This document shows positions 52,892 to 63,000 of a stretch of 64,000 nucleotides of DNA, piece after piece. Made by a program: the position numbers and the translations under genes. Numbering within the stretch: position 1 is the stretch's first letter; every line of letters begins with the position of its first letter. Origin of the DNA: an uncultured Candidatus Berkelbacteria bacterium (lineage in GTDB: Bacteria; Patescibacteriota; UBA1384; XYA2-FULL-43-10; CAINNR01). The notes beneath the pieces are model-generated. The model ran no database searches, had not been told where the DNA came from, and was given only the letters and a program-made list of their open reading frames with translations. The stretch is from NCBI GenBank assembly GCA_903851235.1, contig CAINNR010000030.1:13210-77209 (forward strand). Reading direction: 5' to 3'.

Positions 52892-53715
52892 ATGGATAAA
52901 AAACAGATTGCAATTTTTGAAGGCAAAAAAATCCGTCGTCACTGGGACGAAAAATCTGAGCAGTGGTTTTTTTCAGTAGTAGATATTATTGCTGTTCTTA
53001 TTGATCAAATGGATTTTCAGTTAGCTAGAAAATATTGGAACAAGCTGGCAGAAAGACTTCGCAAAGAAGGAAGTCAGTCGGTGACAAATTGTCACCGACT
53101 GAAATTGCAAGCATCAGACCGCAAATTTTATCAAACTGATGTTGCTAGTACGGAAACTATCTTCCGCATTATTCAATCGGTTCCGTCAAAAAAAGCTGAA
53201 CCAATAAAATTATGGCTAGCACGTGTTGGCAATGAACGAATAGAAGAAATTCAGAATCCAGAAAAAGCGTTAGATCGGTCAAGAGAATATTGGCAAAGAA
53301 TGGGTCGAAGCCAAAAATGGATTCAGCGGCGAATGATGGGGCAGGAAGTTAGAAATAAATTAACCGATTATTGGGCTGATCACGAAGTAAAAAAACAAGA
53401 TGAATATGCGATTCTGACAAATATAATCCATGCAGAGTGGACTGACTTGTTAGTAAAGCAACACAAAGAATTAAAAAATTTAAAGGCTGAAAATTTGCGC
53501 GATTATATGACGATGCAGAGTTAATTTTTACCGCTTTGGCCGAACTTTCTACTCGCCAAATCGCAGAAGGAATGGATAGTACAGGTCTTGAGGAAAATAA
53601 AATTCTAGCGGAAAAAAGTGGGCGAATCGCTAAAAGTGCCAGAATGGAATTGGAGCAAAAATCAGGTAAAAAGATTGTAAGTAGCGAGAGTTTCAATTTA
53701 CTCAGTAAGAAATAA
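52892..53715 (+). pseudogene. Bro-N domain protein with frameshift near 53511
   Basis: Bro-N N-terminus (IRRHWD..WFFSVVD); after NLRDYMT the protein-like reading continues in another frame, DAELIFTALAELSTRQIA, to TAA 53715. Confidence 0.8.
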
Positions 53716-53727
53716 CTGCGAGTAATT

Positions 53728-54063
53728 ATGGAAATAGGACGTTTTAATCCAGAAGCGAAAATTAGTGATCCCAAGGCCAGATATCTTGGAATGCTGACTG
53801 AGATGATTGGTTGGAGCGACGAAATTCCGGCTGAAGATATCCACAATGGAAATTATAAAGTTAGAAAAAATTGGTGGGTGACAATTCGAAATATTACATA
53901 TTTGATATTACGTAATTGTATAATTTCAGATGAATCTAAACGACAAATTAGTAATTTCAATGACAAGTTTAGTTCAGAAGAATTTAATGGTAGGTACACA
54001 ACCAAAGAAGATATCGCTGAAGGAAATGAATTCGTTGATTTTTTGATCAGAGAATTGCAATAA
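53728..54063 (+). CDS. Hypothetical protein
   Basis: 111-aa AT-rich ORF filling the gap. Confidence 0.65.
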   Translation: MEIGRFNPEAKISDPKARYLGMLTEMIGWSDEIPAEDIHNGNYKVRKNWWVTIRNITYLILRNCIISDESKRQISNFNDKFSSEEFNGRYTTKEDIAEGNEFVDFLIRELQ

Positions 54064-54074
54064 AACAAAAAATT

Positions 54075-55073
54075 ATGGAAATAATTTCAGCACTAAAAGA
54101 ATCAAACTTAATCGGTCTTGGTGGAGCCGGATTTCCGACTTGGCAAAAATGGCGAGCAGTCAAGGAGTCACTAGGGGCCAAGCGGTTCGTTATTTGTAAT
54201 TTGTCAGAAGGTGAGCCGGGCGTTTTTAAGGATGAATATATTTTGCAAAATCATTTACTTGAACTCGTTGGTGGCATTGTTTTGGCCAAAGAAACTGTTA
54301 GCGCCGGGCGAGCATATATCTTTCTCAATGATAAATATCGGAAGTATCTGCCAAAGATCAACCGAGCGGTAAAAGGGAAAAAAATTGAGATTTTTATCGA
54401 TACCGGCCGTTATCTTTGCGGCGAAGAAACAACGCTGTTGCAAACTATTGAGGGGAAGTTGCGCCAACCACGTTCAAAACCGCCATACCCGACAACCTCC
54501 GGATTATATGGATATCCAACTTTGATAAATAACGCCGAAACGCTCTACCGAGCCTACTTGATTTCTCAAGGTGGTAGTGATTTAAAACGATTTTATTCAA
54601 TTTCCGGCGATGTTGTTAGCAAGCGAATTGTCGAAGAAAAAATTGGTGCAAAAATTCGCGAAGTGATTCCGGCGCGGTTTCTGGATCAGATAAATTTTGT
54701 CAGAGTTAGCGGTCCATCGGGTTTTTTCGCCAAGCCGGAGGATTTTGAACAGATAGTCTCCGGAACCGGTGCAGTGGAAATTTACGGCAAAAAGCGGAAG
54801 ATCCTTGAAGGTCTCATCGATTCAATCACATTTCTTAAAAATGAATCTTGCGGAAAGTGCACGCCTTGTCGCGAGGGAACGTACCGAATTGCCGAACTGC
54901 TGAACAAATTGATCGCGACTTCAAGTTTATGGGACCGGAAGGAGATAATTGAACTGATTTCCGAAATCGCCCAAACTGCTGCTGTCACGAGTTTCTGTCC
55001 GCTAGGGGCATCAATTGCTCGGCCGGTGACAACGGCCATTGATAATTTTAAACAGGAGATTTTGGGTGAATAA
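54075..55073 (+). CDS. NuoF/HydB-like diaphorase subunit, minimal
   Basis: GLGGAGFPT, EGEPG, YLCGEET, KPPYP, NNAET, ESCGKCTPCREG...C. Confidence 0.92.
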   Translation: MEIISALKESNLIGLGGAGFPTWQKWRAVKESLGAKRFVICNLSEGEPGVFKDEYILQNHLLELVGGIVLAKETVSAGRAYIFLNDKYRKYLPKINRAVKGKKIEIFIDTGRYLCGEETTLLQTIEGKLRQPRSKPPYPTTSGLYGYPTLINNAETLYRAYLISQGGSDLKRFYSISGDVVSKRIVEEKIGAKIREVIPARFLDQINFVRVSGPSGFFAKPEDFEQIVSGTGAVEIYGKKRKILEGLIDSITFLKNESCGKCTPCREGTYRIAELLNKLIATSSLWDRKEIIELISEIAQTAAVTSFCPLGASIARPVTTAIDNFKQEILGE

Positions 55074-56817
55074 AACTTTTGAGATAAAAATCAATGGTAA
55101 AAAATATAAAGCATCGTCAGATGACACGATCTTATCTGTAGCAAAGAAAAATTCACTGGAAATTCCGACGCTTTGCCACCACCCGGATTTGGCACCAAAT
55201 GCCAGCTGCCGATTGTGTTTGGTGGAAATCAAGAAAGCCCAAAAGTCTGATGTTGTCACATCATGTAACACTTTTGTTTCCGAAGAGATGGAAATTAAAC
55301 TTGATACGCCGAAAGTTAAGTCAGCTAGAAAAATAAATCTGGAGATGCTTTTATCCGATCACATCAAAAAATGTGGCGAGTGTAACTGGCAGGACAATTG
55401 TGAATTAAAAAAATTAGCTCATGAATTCGGCATCAAAGAATCACGATTTCCCGAACGTCGCCGGCGATATAAAATTGACAGTAAAACCCCATCGATTCTC
55501 TGGGATTCGGCTAAGTGTATTGAATGCGGAAATTGCGCCTCCTCATGCAGCGAGATTGCCGGGCTTTCAAATATCGGAAGCAAATATCGCGGTCACTCAA
55601 TAATTTTTGGGCCCAAAGGTGGCAAAAGTTTTTCCCAGACCGATTGTGTTTTTTGCGGTCAATGCATTTTGCGTTGTCCTTCCGGATCTTTGCAGGAGAA
55701 ATCGGAAATTGATGGTGTCGAAAAACTATTATCAAACAAAAAAAATCAAATTTTAGTTGCCGAGTTTGCGCCGTCAACTCGCTATTCAATCGGCGAACTG
55801 TTCGGAATCCCACCAGGGAAAAATTTGGAATTAAAACTGGTTTCGGCCCTTAAAGAATTGGGTTTCGATTATGTTTTTGACATCAATTTTGGTGCCGATA
55901 TCACAACTGTCGAAGAAGCGGCTGAATTGATCGAACGGTTGCAAGTGAAAAATGATCAGCCGATGTTTACTGCTTGTTGCCCGGCCTGGGTTCGCTATGT
56001 CGAAACCTTCCACCACGATTTGATTCCGAACTTGACGACAACCAAATCTCCGGCCCACTGTTTGGCGCCGGTGGTAAAATCATATTTTGCAAAAAAAATT
56101 AACACCCGGCCATCAAAAATAAAAATCGTTGAGATTATGCCTTGTGTGGCAAAAAAATACGAGGCAAAACTGCCGGAAATGCGTCTGGGACACCGTCTTG
56201 AAGTTGATTTCGCCTTAACCGTTCGAGAAGCAGCGAAAATTTTAAAAAATAAAAAAATTGATTTACCGAATTTAGCGGATGGTCAATTCGATTCACCTCT
56301 GGCCGAATACTCCGGAGCGGCGGCGATTTACGGTTCCTCTGGTGGAGTAATGGAATCGGCACTCCGAACAGTCGTCGCCAAACTTTGTAATTGTGATCTG
56401 CCAAAATTGGAATTTAGGGACGTTCGCGGAATGGAAGGAATTAAAGAAGCTTCGGTAGATATTGATGGCGAAATTTTGGAAGTTGCAGTCGTTTCCGGCT
56501 TGAAAAATGCCGGAAAATTACTGGCTGATATGAAATCCGGCATTAAACGATATGATTATGTTGAAGTTATGGCTTGCCCCGGCGGCTGTCTCGGCGGTGG
56601 CGGCCAACCGATTCCGACAACGCCGGAAATCAGAGCAAAAAGAAGCGCGGCATATTATAGCGATGATGCCGAGAAAAAAATCAGGCGGGCGCATGAAAAC
56701 CAAGATATTATCAAAATGTACTCAGGCTTGGATACCAAACCGCTTGGACCGAAAGCTTTGAAACTATTTCATCGAAAATTCAAAATCAGGCAGCCAAAAT
56801 TAAAGGGCAAAAAATGA
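55066..56817 (+). CDS. hydA: [FeFe]-hydrogenase catalytic subunit (group A, M3-type Fe-S domains)
   Basis: H-cluster motifs FTACCPAW, MPCVAKKYE, EVMACPGGCLGGGGQP; N-terminal 2Fe-2S, His-ligated and 2x[4Fe-4S] motifs; GTG start after AGGAG. Confidence 0.95.
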   Translation: MNKTFEIKINGKKYKASSDDTILSVAKKNSLEIPTLCHHPDLAPNASCRLCLVEIKKAQKSDVVTSCNTFVSEEMEIKLDTPKVKSARKINLEMLLSDHIKKCGECNWQDNCELKKLAHEFGIKESRFPERRRRYKIDSKTPSILWDSAKCIECGNCASSCSEIAGLSNIGSKYRGHSIIFGPKGGKSFSQTDCVFCGQCILRCPSGSLQEKSEIDGVEKLLSNKKNQILVAEFAPSTRYSIGELFGIPPGKNLELKLVSALKELGFDYVFDINFGADITTVEEAAELIERLQVKNDQPMFTACCPAWVRYVETFHHDLIPNLTTTKSPAHCLAPVVKSYFAKKINTRPSKIKIVEIMPCVAKKYEAKLPEMRLGHRLEVDFALTVREAAKILKNKKIDLPNLADGQFDSPLAEYSGAAAIYGSSGGVMESALRTVVAKLCNCDLPKLEFRDVRGMEGIKEASVDIDGEILEVAVVSGLKNAGKLLADMKSGIKRYDYVEVMACPGGCLGGGGQPIPTTPEIRAKRSAAYYSDDAEKKIRRAHENQDIIKMYSGLDTKPLGPKALKLFHRKFKIRQPKLKGKK

Positions 56818-56872
56818 TGCACAATATTAAAGATGCGGAAATTGAAAACAAAACGTTTTTTCTTCAGATTGG
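56814..56872 (+). pseudogene. Orphaned 5' fragment of pgk
   Basis: MMHNIKDAEIENKTFFL versus pgk MMKSIRSVQDLENKTVFL; 20/22 nt match between 56844-56865 and 57981-58002. Confidence 0.7.
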
Positions 56873-56886
56873 CCGGAGTTATGCTT

Positions 56887-57945
56887 ATGAAAAACAATGA
56901 ACAGATTGCAAAACAAAATACATTTACAGAATTTTTACTTTATACGACGCCGAATGGCAGGGTGAAAGTTGAGATATTTTTGCGTGATGAAAATGTTTGG
57001 TTAACACAAGATAAAATTGCTCTTTTGTTCGGTGTTCAAAGGCCGGCAATTACCAAGCATTTGAAAACCATCTTTGAAAGCGGAGAATTAGATGAAAAAA
57101 TGGTTAGTTCCATTTTGGAACATACCACGCAACATGGTGCTTTGGAGGGGAAAACACAAACTCAATCGGTAAAATTTTATAACCTTGATGCGATTCTTTC
57201 CATTGGATATCGAGTAAATAGCGTCCAAGCTACACAATTCCGTATTTGGGCGACGGAAAGATTGAAAGAATATATTATCAAGGGTTTTTCAATGGATGAT
57301 GAACGGCTGAAGGATCCTCGCTATATTTTTGGTAAGGATTATTTTGAGGAGCAATTGGCTAGAATCAGAGATATCCGTTCCAGTGAACGAAGATTTTATC
57401 AGAAAATAACCGATATTTATTCACAATGTAGCGCCGATTATGATCCAAATGAAGAAATTACAAAACAATTTTTTGCCACTGTCCAAAATAAACTTCATTT
57501 TGCTATCAGCGGTCAAACCGCGGCGGAAATTATTTATCAAAGAGCCGGCAGTAAAAAACCGAACATGGGTTTGACTACATGGAAAAATGCGCCCAGAGGG
57601 GCAATTCGAAAAACTGACATCGTCATTGCCAAGAACTATCTTGACGAAAAAGAGCTGGATGGATTAAACAGAATTGTCACAATGTATCTTGATTATGCTG
57701 AAATGCAAGCGCGAAACGGCAAATTGATGCAGATGAAAGATTGGGTGAAAAAATTGGATGCATTTTTGCAGTTTAATGAAAAAGATCTTTTGCAGAGAAA
57801 TGGTAAAATTAGTCATGAAGTCTCGTTGGCTTTGGCTAAATCTGAATATGAAAAATATCGGATTGTTCAAGATAAAAATTATATTTCTGATTTTGACCGT
57901 GAAGTCAAAAAGTTTTTAGATTTTGATAAAAAAAAGAAAGAATAA
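56887..57945 (+). CDS. Virulence RhuM-family protein
   Basis: VWLTQ..IA.LF, YNLDAILSIGYRVNS..ATQFRIWAT, IRSSERRFYQKI, VQNKLH. Confidence 0.92.
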   Translation: MKNNEQIAKQNTFTEFLLYTTPNGRVKVEIFLRDENVWLTQDKIALLFGVQRPAITKHLKTIFESGELDEKMVSSILEHTTQHGALEGKTQTQSVKFYNLDAILSIGYRVNSVQATQFRIWATERLKEYIIKGFSMDDERLKDPRYIFGKDYFEEQLARIRDIRSSERRFYQKITDIYSQCSADYDPNEEITKQFFATVQNKLHFAISGQTAAEIIYQRAGSKKPNMGLTTWKNAPRGAIRKTDIVIAKNYLDEKELDGLNRIVTMYLDYAEMQARNGKLMQMKDWVKKLDAFLQFNEKDLLQRNGKISHEVSLALAKSEYEKYRIVQDKNYISDFDREVKKFLDFDKKKKE

Positions 57946-57947
57946 AT

Positions 57948-59099
57948 ATGATGAAATCCATACGATCAGTGCAAGATTTAGAAAACAAGACGGTTTTTCT
58001 TCGAGTCGATTGGAATGTGCCGTTAAAGAATGGCGTCATTACCGATGATATTAGAATTCGAGCGACGCTTCCGACAATCAACTATCTCCAATCTAAAAAT
58101 TGCAAGATTATCATCGGTACTCACCTTGGCCGTCCGGAGGGTGAGATTATTCATTCACTATCAACCAAGATACTGGCAAAAAAATTGTCGGAGATTCACC
58201 CGGGGAAAATTATCGCAACAGATTATGTTCTTGAGACGCAGGTGAAAAATCAAATTAAAAGATTAAAATCGAAGCAAATATTGGTTCTAGGAAATTTGCG
58301 CTGGTACCCAGAAGAGGAGGCGAATAATACGGCTTTTGCCCGAATTTTAGCCTCATATGCTGACGTTTATGTCAACGATGCCTTTGCCGTTAGTCATCGT
58401 GCACATGCTTCGGTTGAAGCAATCAGCCATTTTTTGCCAAGTTATGCCGGCTTGTTGTTGGAGCGTGAAGTCGAAATGCTTTCAACTTTAACTGAGAATC
58501 CTCGCCAGCCATTTGTAATAATTTTGGGTGGGGCGAAGATCAAAGATAAAATTGGGATGATAAAAAGATTTGCCAACATTGCCGATAAAATTCTTGTCGG
58601 CGGAGCGATTGCCAACACCTTAAGATATTTCAAAGGTGAAAATGTTTCAGAATCATTGTATGAACCCGGGCTTGAACATATTGCCGAGAATATTTTTGAA
58701 ATTCTAAAAGATAAATTGGTTTTGCCGATTGATAACAAAAAGAAAATTGCGCCGGATGGCAAATTTAGCATTTTAGATATTGGGCCGGAGACGATAAAAA
58801 AGTTTAGTCAAATCATTTCAACGGCGAAAACGATTTTTTGGAATGGAAATATGGGCTACTCCGAGTCAAAAGAATTTGAGATTGGAACGGCAGAAATTGC
58901 CGATGCGGTTAAATCAAATCCATACACCAAGATTGTTGCTGGCGGTGACACTGTCGGTTTTTTGGATTCGCACAAAATGCTTGAATGTTTTACATTTGTT
59001 TCAACCGGTGGCGGTGCGGCATTGGAGTTTTTGGCCGGTATCCAGTTGCCAGGGCTAGAGGTTTTGGGGTACTATGATAAAAGGAAAATTAGAAATTAA
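57948..59099 (+). CDS. pgk: Phosphoglycerate kinase
   Basis: RVDWNVP, HLGRP, VNDAF..SHRAHAS, GGAK, STGGGA. Confidence 0.96.
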   Translation: MMKSIRSVQDLENKTVFLRVDWNVPLKNGVITDDIRIRATLPTINYLQSKNCKIIIGTHLGRPEGEIIHSLSTKILAKKLSEIHPGKIIATDYVLETQVKNQIKRLKSKQILVLGNLRWYPEEEANNTAFARILASYADVYVNDAFAVSHRAHASVEAISHFLPSYAGLLLEREVEMLSTLTENPRQPFVIILGGAKIKDKIGMIKRFANIADKILVGGAIANTLRYFKGENVSESLYEPGLEHIAENIFEILKDKLVLPIDNKKKIAPDGKFSILDIGPETIKKFSQIISTAKTIFWNGNMGYSESKEFEIGTAEIADAVKSNPYTKIVAGGDTVGFLDSHKMLECFTFVSTGGGAALEFLAGIQLPGLEVLGYYDKRKIRN

Positions 59100-59186
59100 A
59101 AATTTTAAAATCAAAATTATGGAGTAGAATATAATAGTAAATATCTTCGTTTTGAATTTTGACTTTTAATTTTTAAGTTACCTACT

Positions 59187-60017
59187 ATGTTTATTTCACT
59201 TCGTGAGTTGTACAAAAAAGCAGAAAGTTCCAACTTGGCCGTTGGCGCTTTTAACACTAATAATTTGGAGATTACGCAGGCAATCGTCGCGGCGGCGGGG
59301 AAAACCAATTGTCCTCTGATCATTCAAACAACGCCGTCAGCAATTAAATACGCCGGATTGCGCGAGCTTTTTGATATTGTCAAAGATTTGATCGATGAGT
59401 CGCCGATTCCGATGTTAATCCACTTGGATCACGGTAAAGAGATCGATTTGATTGCAAAGTGTCTCGAAGTCGGTTATCGTTCGGTGATGTTTGACGGATC
59501 GGACCTATTATATGAAAACAATGTTTCTGAGACGAAGAAGGTTGTTGAATTGGCGCATAAATTTGGCGCAACCGTTGAGGCTGAGGTTGGTGTTGTCGGA
59601 CGTGGTGAAGAGGGCAGAGAAATGATTATCGCCAAATACTCTGATCCGGATCAGGCGGCTGATTTTGCCAAACTTACCGGCGTTGACAGTTTGGCAATTT
59701 CAATCGGTAACACTCACGGCGCACCGGAGGGTGAAAAGTTGGACATCGAACTACTGAAAAAAATCAGAGAAAAGGTTAGTATTCCTCTGGTTTTGCATGG
59801 GGCTTCCGGCGTCTCTCGTTCAGATGTTCTGGCGGCAATAAAAAATGGGATCCGGAAAATAAACATTGATACCCAAATTCGTCACGCTTTCAAGGAAAGT
59901 TTGGAGAAAAATGTTGATGATCCCGAGAAAGATGTCCGTGATTTTCTTGGCCAGGCAAAAAATGATGTTGGATTAGTGGTGGAAAAATATCTGAAACTAT
60001 TTAATAACATCGAATAA
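59187..60017 (+). CDS. fba: Class II fructose-bisphosphate aldolase
   Basis: HLDHG, SVMFDGS, GNTHG, LVLHGASG, KINIDT. Confidence 0.95.
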   Translation: MFISLRELYKKAESSNLAVGAFNTNNLEITQAIVAAAGKTNCPLIIQTTPSAIKYAGLRELFDIVKDLIDESPIPMLIHLDHGKEIDLIAKCLEVGYRSVMFDGSDLLYENNVSETKKVVELAHKFGATVEAEVGVVGRGEEGREMIIAKYSDPDQAADFAKLTGVDSLAISIGNTHGAPEGEKLDIELLKKIREKVSIPLVLHGASGVSRSDVLAAIKNGIRKINIDTQIRHAFKESLEKNVDDPEKDVRDFLGQAKNDVGLVVEKYLKLFNNIE

Positions 60018-60068
60018 AATTTTTGATATTATGATATCAACCTTAAAAATAACGTGGGGGGAACTGCG

Positions 60069-63000
60069 GTGGTTAAACGGGTAAAAATATCTAAACGTAC
60101 AAAAATAATATCCATAGTTTTTGCTACACTTATTGTGTTATTTTTTGGTGTCGTAACTATTTTGGCCCGAACAGGTGTTATCAACATCAGAATGTTGGCT
60201 GATAGTCTGACCGGTAGCACCACTCAAAATGTTGTTATCACTGCTATAGATCAAAGCAATCGTGCAGTTGTTGGTGTATTAGCCGGAGCAACGAAACTTC
60301 CATCCGGTACTCCTTTTACCGGCATTACCGATAGCACTGGTAAATGGATTACAACCTTAGAAAATGGTAACTATAATTTTACTGTTGCCGCTTCCCCTGA
60401 ATGTCAGGGAATTCTTAATAACCAAATTGTCACTTCTGCTGTCACAAATTTTACGATAAAAATTTCTTGTTCAACTACTCCGGATCCGGCCAAGGCAATT
60501 ATTAAGGGTAAAGTTTTAGATAAATCTACAGCTTCTGCAATAGTTACCGCCAGTGTAACGACCGATGTTGGCTCATATTCAGTTATCACCGGGTCGGATG
60601 GCTCATATCAGTTAAGCGTTGACCCCGGTGTTTATAATCTGACAGCAACAAAATCCGGTTTTCATCAGTCTGGTTCTCCAATAAATACCGGCAGTTTGAA
60701 AGCCGGCACAACTTTTAATGCTCCAAATATTTTGATGGGTAAGGATTCCACCACTGGCGGTACCGGAGGAGTGGTAGGGACGGATAATTTTGATGTTTTT
60801 GGCAATGTGGTGTTAGACAGTTCTGAAAGTACGGCGATCAAAGCTAACATCAAACTTGCTTGCTCTTATATCAGCAAAGACGGAAAGGTGGTTAGTAGCC
60901 CGGCCACCACAATTTCGTCATCCGATACTTTCCAAACCGTAAATAGTTTGAAGTACAACTTTAGATTTGAAAGTCTGCCCAAAAAATATAATGATGCAGA
61001 TTTCCAGAAATGTTATTTATCAATTATCCCCGGCGACGGTTCCGTTCTTGATTCTTACGGTACAACAGAAGTTTCCTACACCACAACAAATGCCTTGGGT
61101 AAAATTGCCAATCTACCGCCTATCGGCAAAGATGCCGCCTATTTTTACAAAATCGGACTCAAAATTAAAGATGGAAAAAACAGTTTGAGAGTAATGGGAA
61201 AAATTACTAACTCCACCGGACAATTGGCAAATAATGTAAATGTTTCATTGTCATCAGCGAGTGGTGATGTTTCAACTACCTCGGTTGCAGTATCTCAAGA
61301 CCCAAAACCATTCAATTATTCCGGCATCACTAATTATAAATTTGACCTAGCCAATTTCACTCTTGGAAGTGAATTAAAATTAAATCTTTTTGGCGCAGGA
61401 ATTCAACCCCAAACTATTGATATTGCTGACAAAATCAAAACCGGAAGCGCAACTTTACAACTTGATTCCATCGGTGGATATTACATTGTTGTCGATACAA
61501 GTGTAAATAAAAATCCTGATGTGGCCATGAATATGTTTACCGGGAATGTGGCAACTAAATATCAAATTCGGTATTCCGATTCCGATCCCAGCGAATCCTC
61601 AATTCCTCGCTATGACAACGTGGCGAATGCAACGATTAAATACACAATTAGTAACCTGGCCTTGAAATATTCTAGTTCCGGTCAACTGCTTACCGATAGT
61701 AGTGGCAATTTTGTTATCGATAACATTCCGGTCAGTACAATTGCTAGTGATAGTGGCAAGATGATTGAAATCAACCTAATAATAGACAAGGATGGCTATA
61801 AAGAGCTGACAAACAATGAGAAATATGCGAATAGTGTAAAACCAATGTCTGATAATTTCACCATCGAGTTGCAAGTGAAAGAAAATTATCAAATGTGCAT
61901 TCATGCGGTGGATAAAAATAATAAACCGTTAAATTATTCCAGGGTGCTGGTAGTAGTGGGTGATGTGGGGAAACTCTCTACGAGAGGCGATTATTTCAAG
62001 GGCACAGGCATGTTGGTAGCGACTTTTACCGAGAGTCTGGTTCAAAATGGAAACTGGTCAATGTCACTTGAAAATTTTCGCGAAGTATTAATTCACTCGG
62101 GCGGTAATTTGACAATTGACCCATCTGTAAAGTTTAGTTTGTTTATTATCCCGTGGAATGAACCTGATGATAAATATTTTCCCGTGAATCGGTCATTATT
62201 GGTGGACGGATTAGAACTGATAAAAATGACCGGTGGGATAATTGACACTTATCTTTCTGCCAGTTGCGAAAATGTTAAAGTTAATTTTGATTCACCTGTA
62301 GAGCCGACCAACAATTATACAATCGATCTTTATGATGCTGAAACCGGCAATCCGATAAATGCTAAAGATGAAAATGCAATAATTTCGATAGGAAATATAT
62401 TTTCAGACAATACAGAAAGAATGGTCGACGGCTCGTATTATACTCAAGAATATAGTTCGGCAATTATGAATAGATTAACTATAAAGATTAAGTCAACTCG
62501 CGACATATCCAGACCAAAATTATTATATTATTCAGGAGAACATTATAAATTAATTGATTCCGGTGTCGATATAGGAAATTCTGGGTTTCCTCTCAAATTG
62601 TATTTGTTAAATTATAATCGAGCGAATAGCGGGATGACTTGCGTAGAATATAGCGGTTTCAAATTTTGCGGTTTGAAGATCCCGACAATGGATATCCTCA
62701 CTGGGGAACAAAAATTAACTTTAGAGAAAATTGCCAAGGTATTATCGGCGATAAAAACAGCTGCGTCGGATACGCGGAGTGTCCCAATATACATACAAAC
62801 AAAACCATTCGATCGAGCAAGAGCACATAGCAGTTCAATAGGAATAAACCATGCCGCTTTCAACGGTTCCTCTGCCTACTTCTCATTGGCTTATACAGAG
62901 TTGAATAGCTATCCAAGACTACTCGAAACTGCAGTCCACGAATATGCTCACACAATTGACTTCATGTCAGGTCTTTCTGAAAAAGATAAATATAAATTTG

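Noticed and set aside
52892-57945. Prophage or transposon carrying the hydrogenase between Bro-N and rhuM
   Set aside because: No integrase, terminal repeats or phage structural genes; the pgk remnant coupled to hydA indicates rhuM arrived separately.
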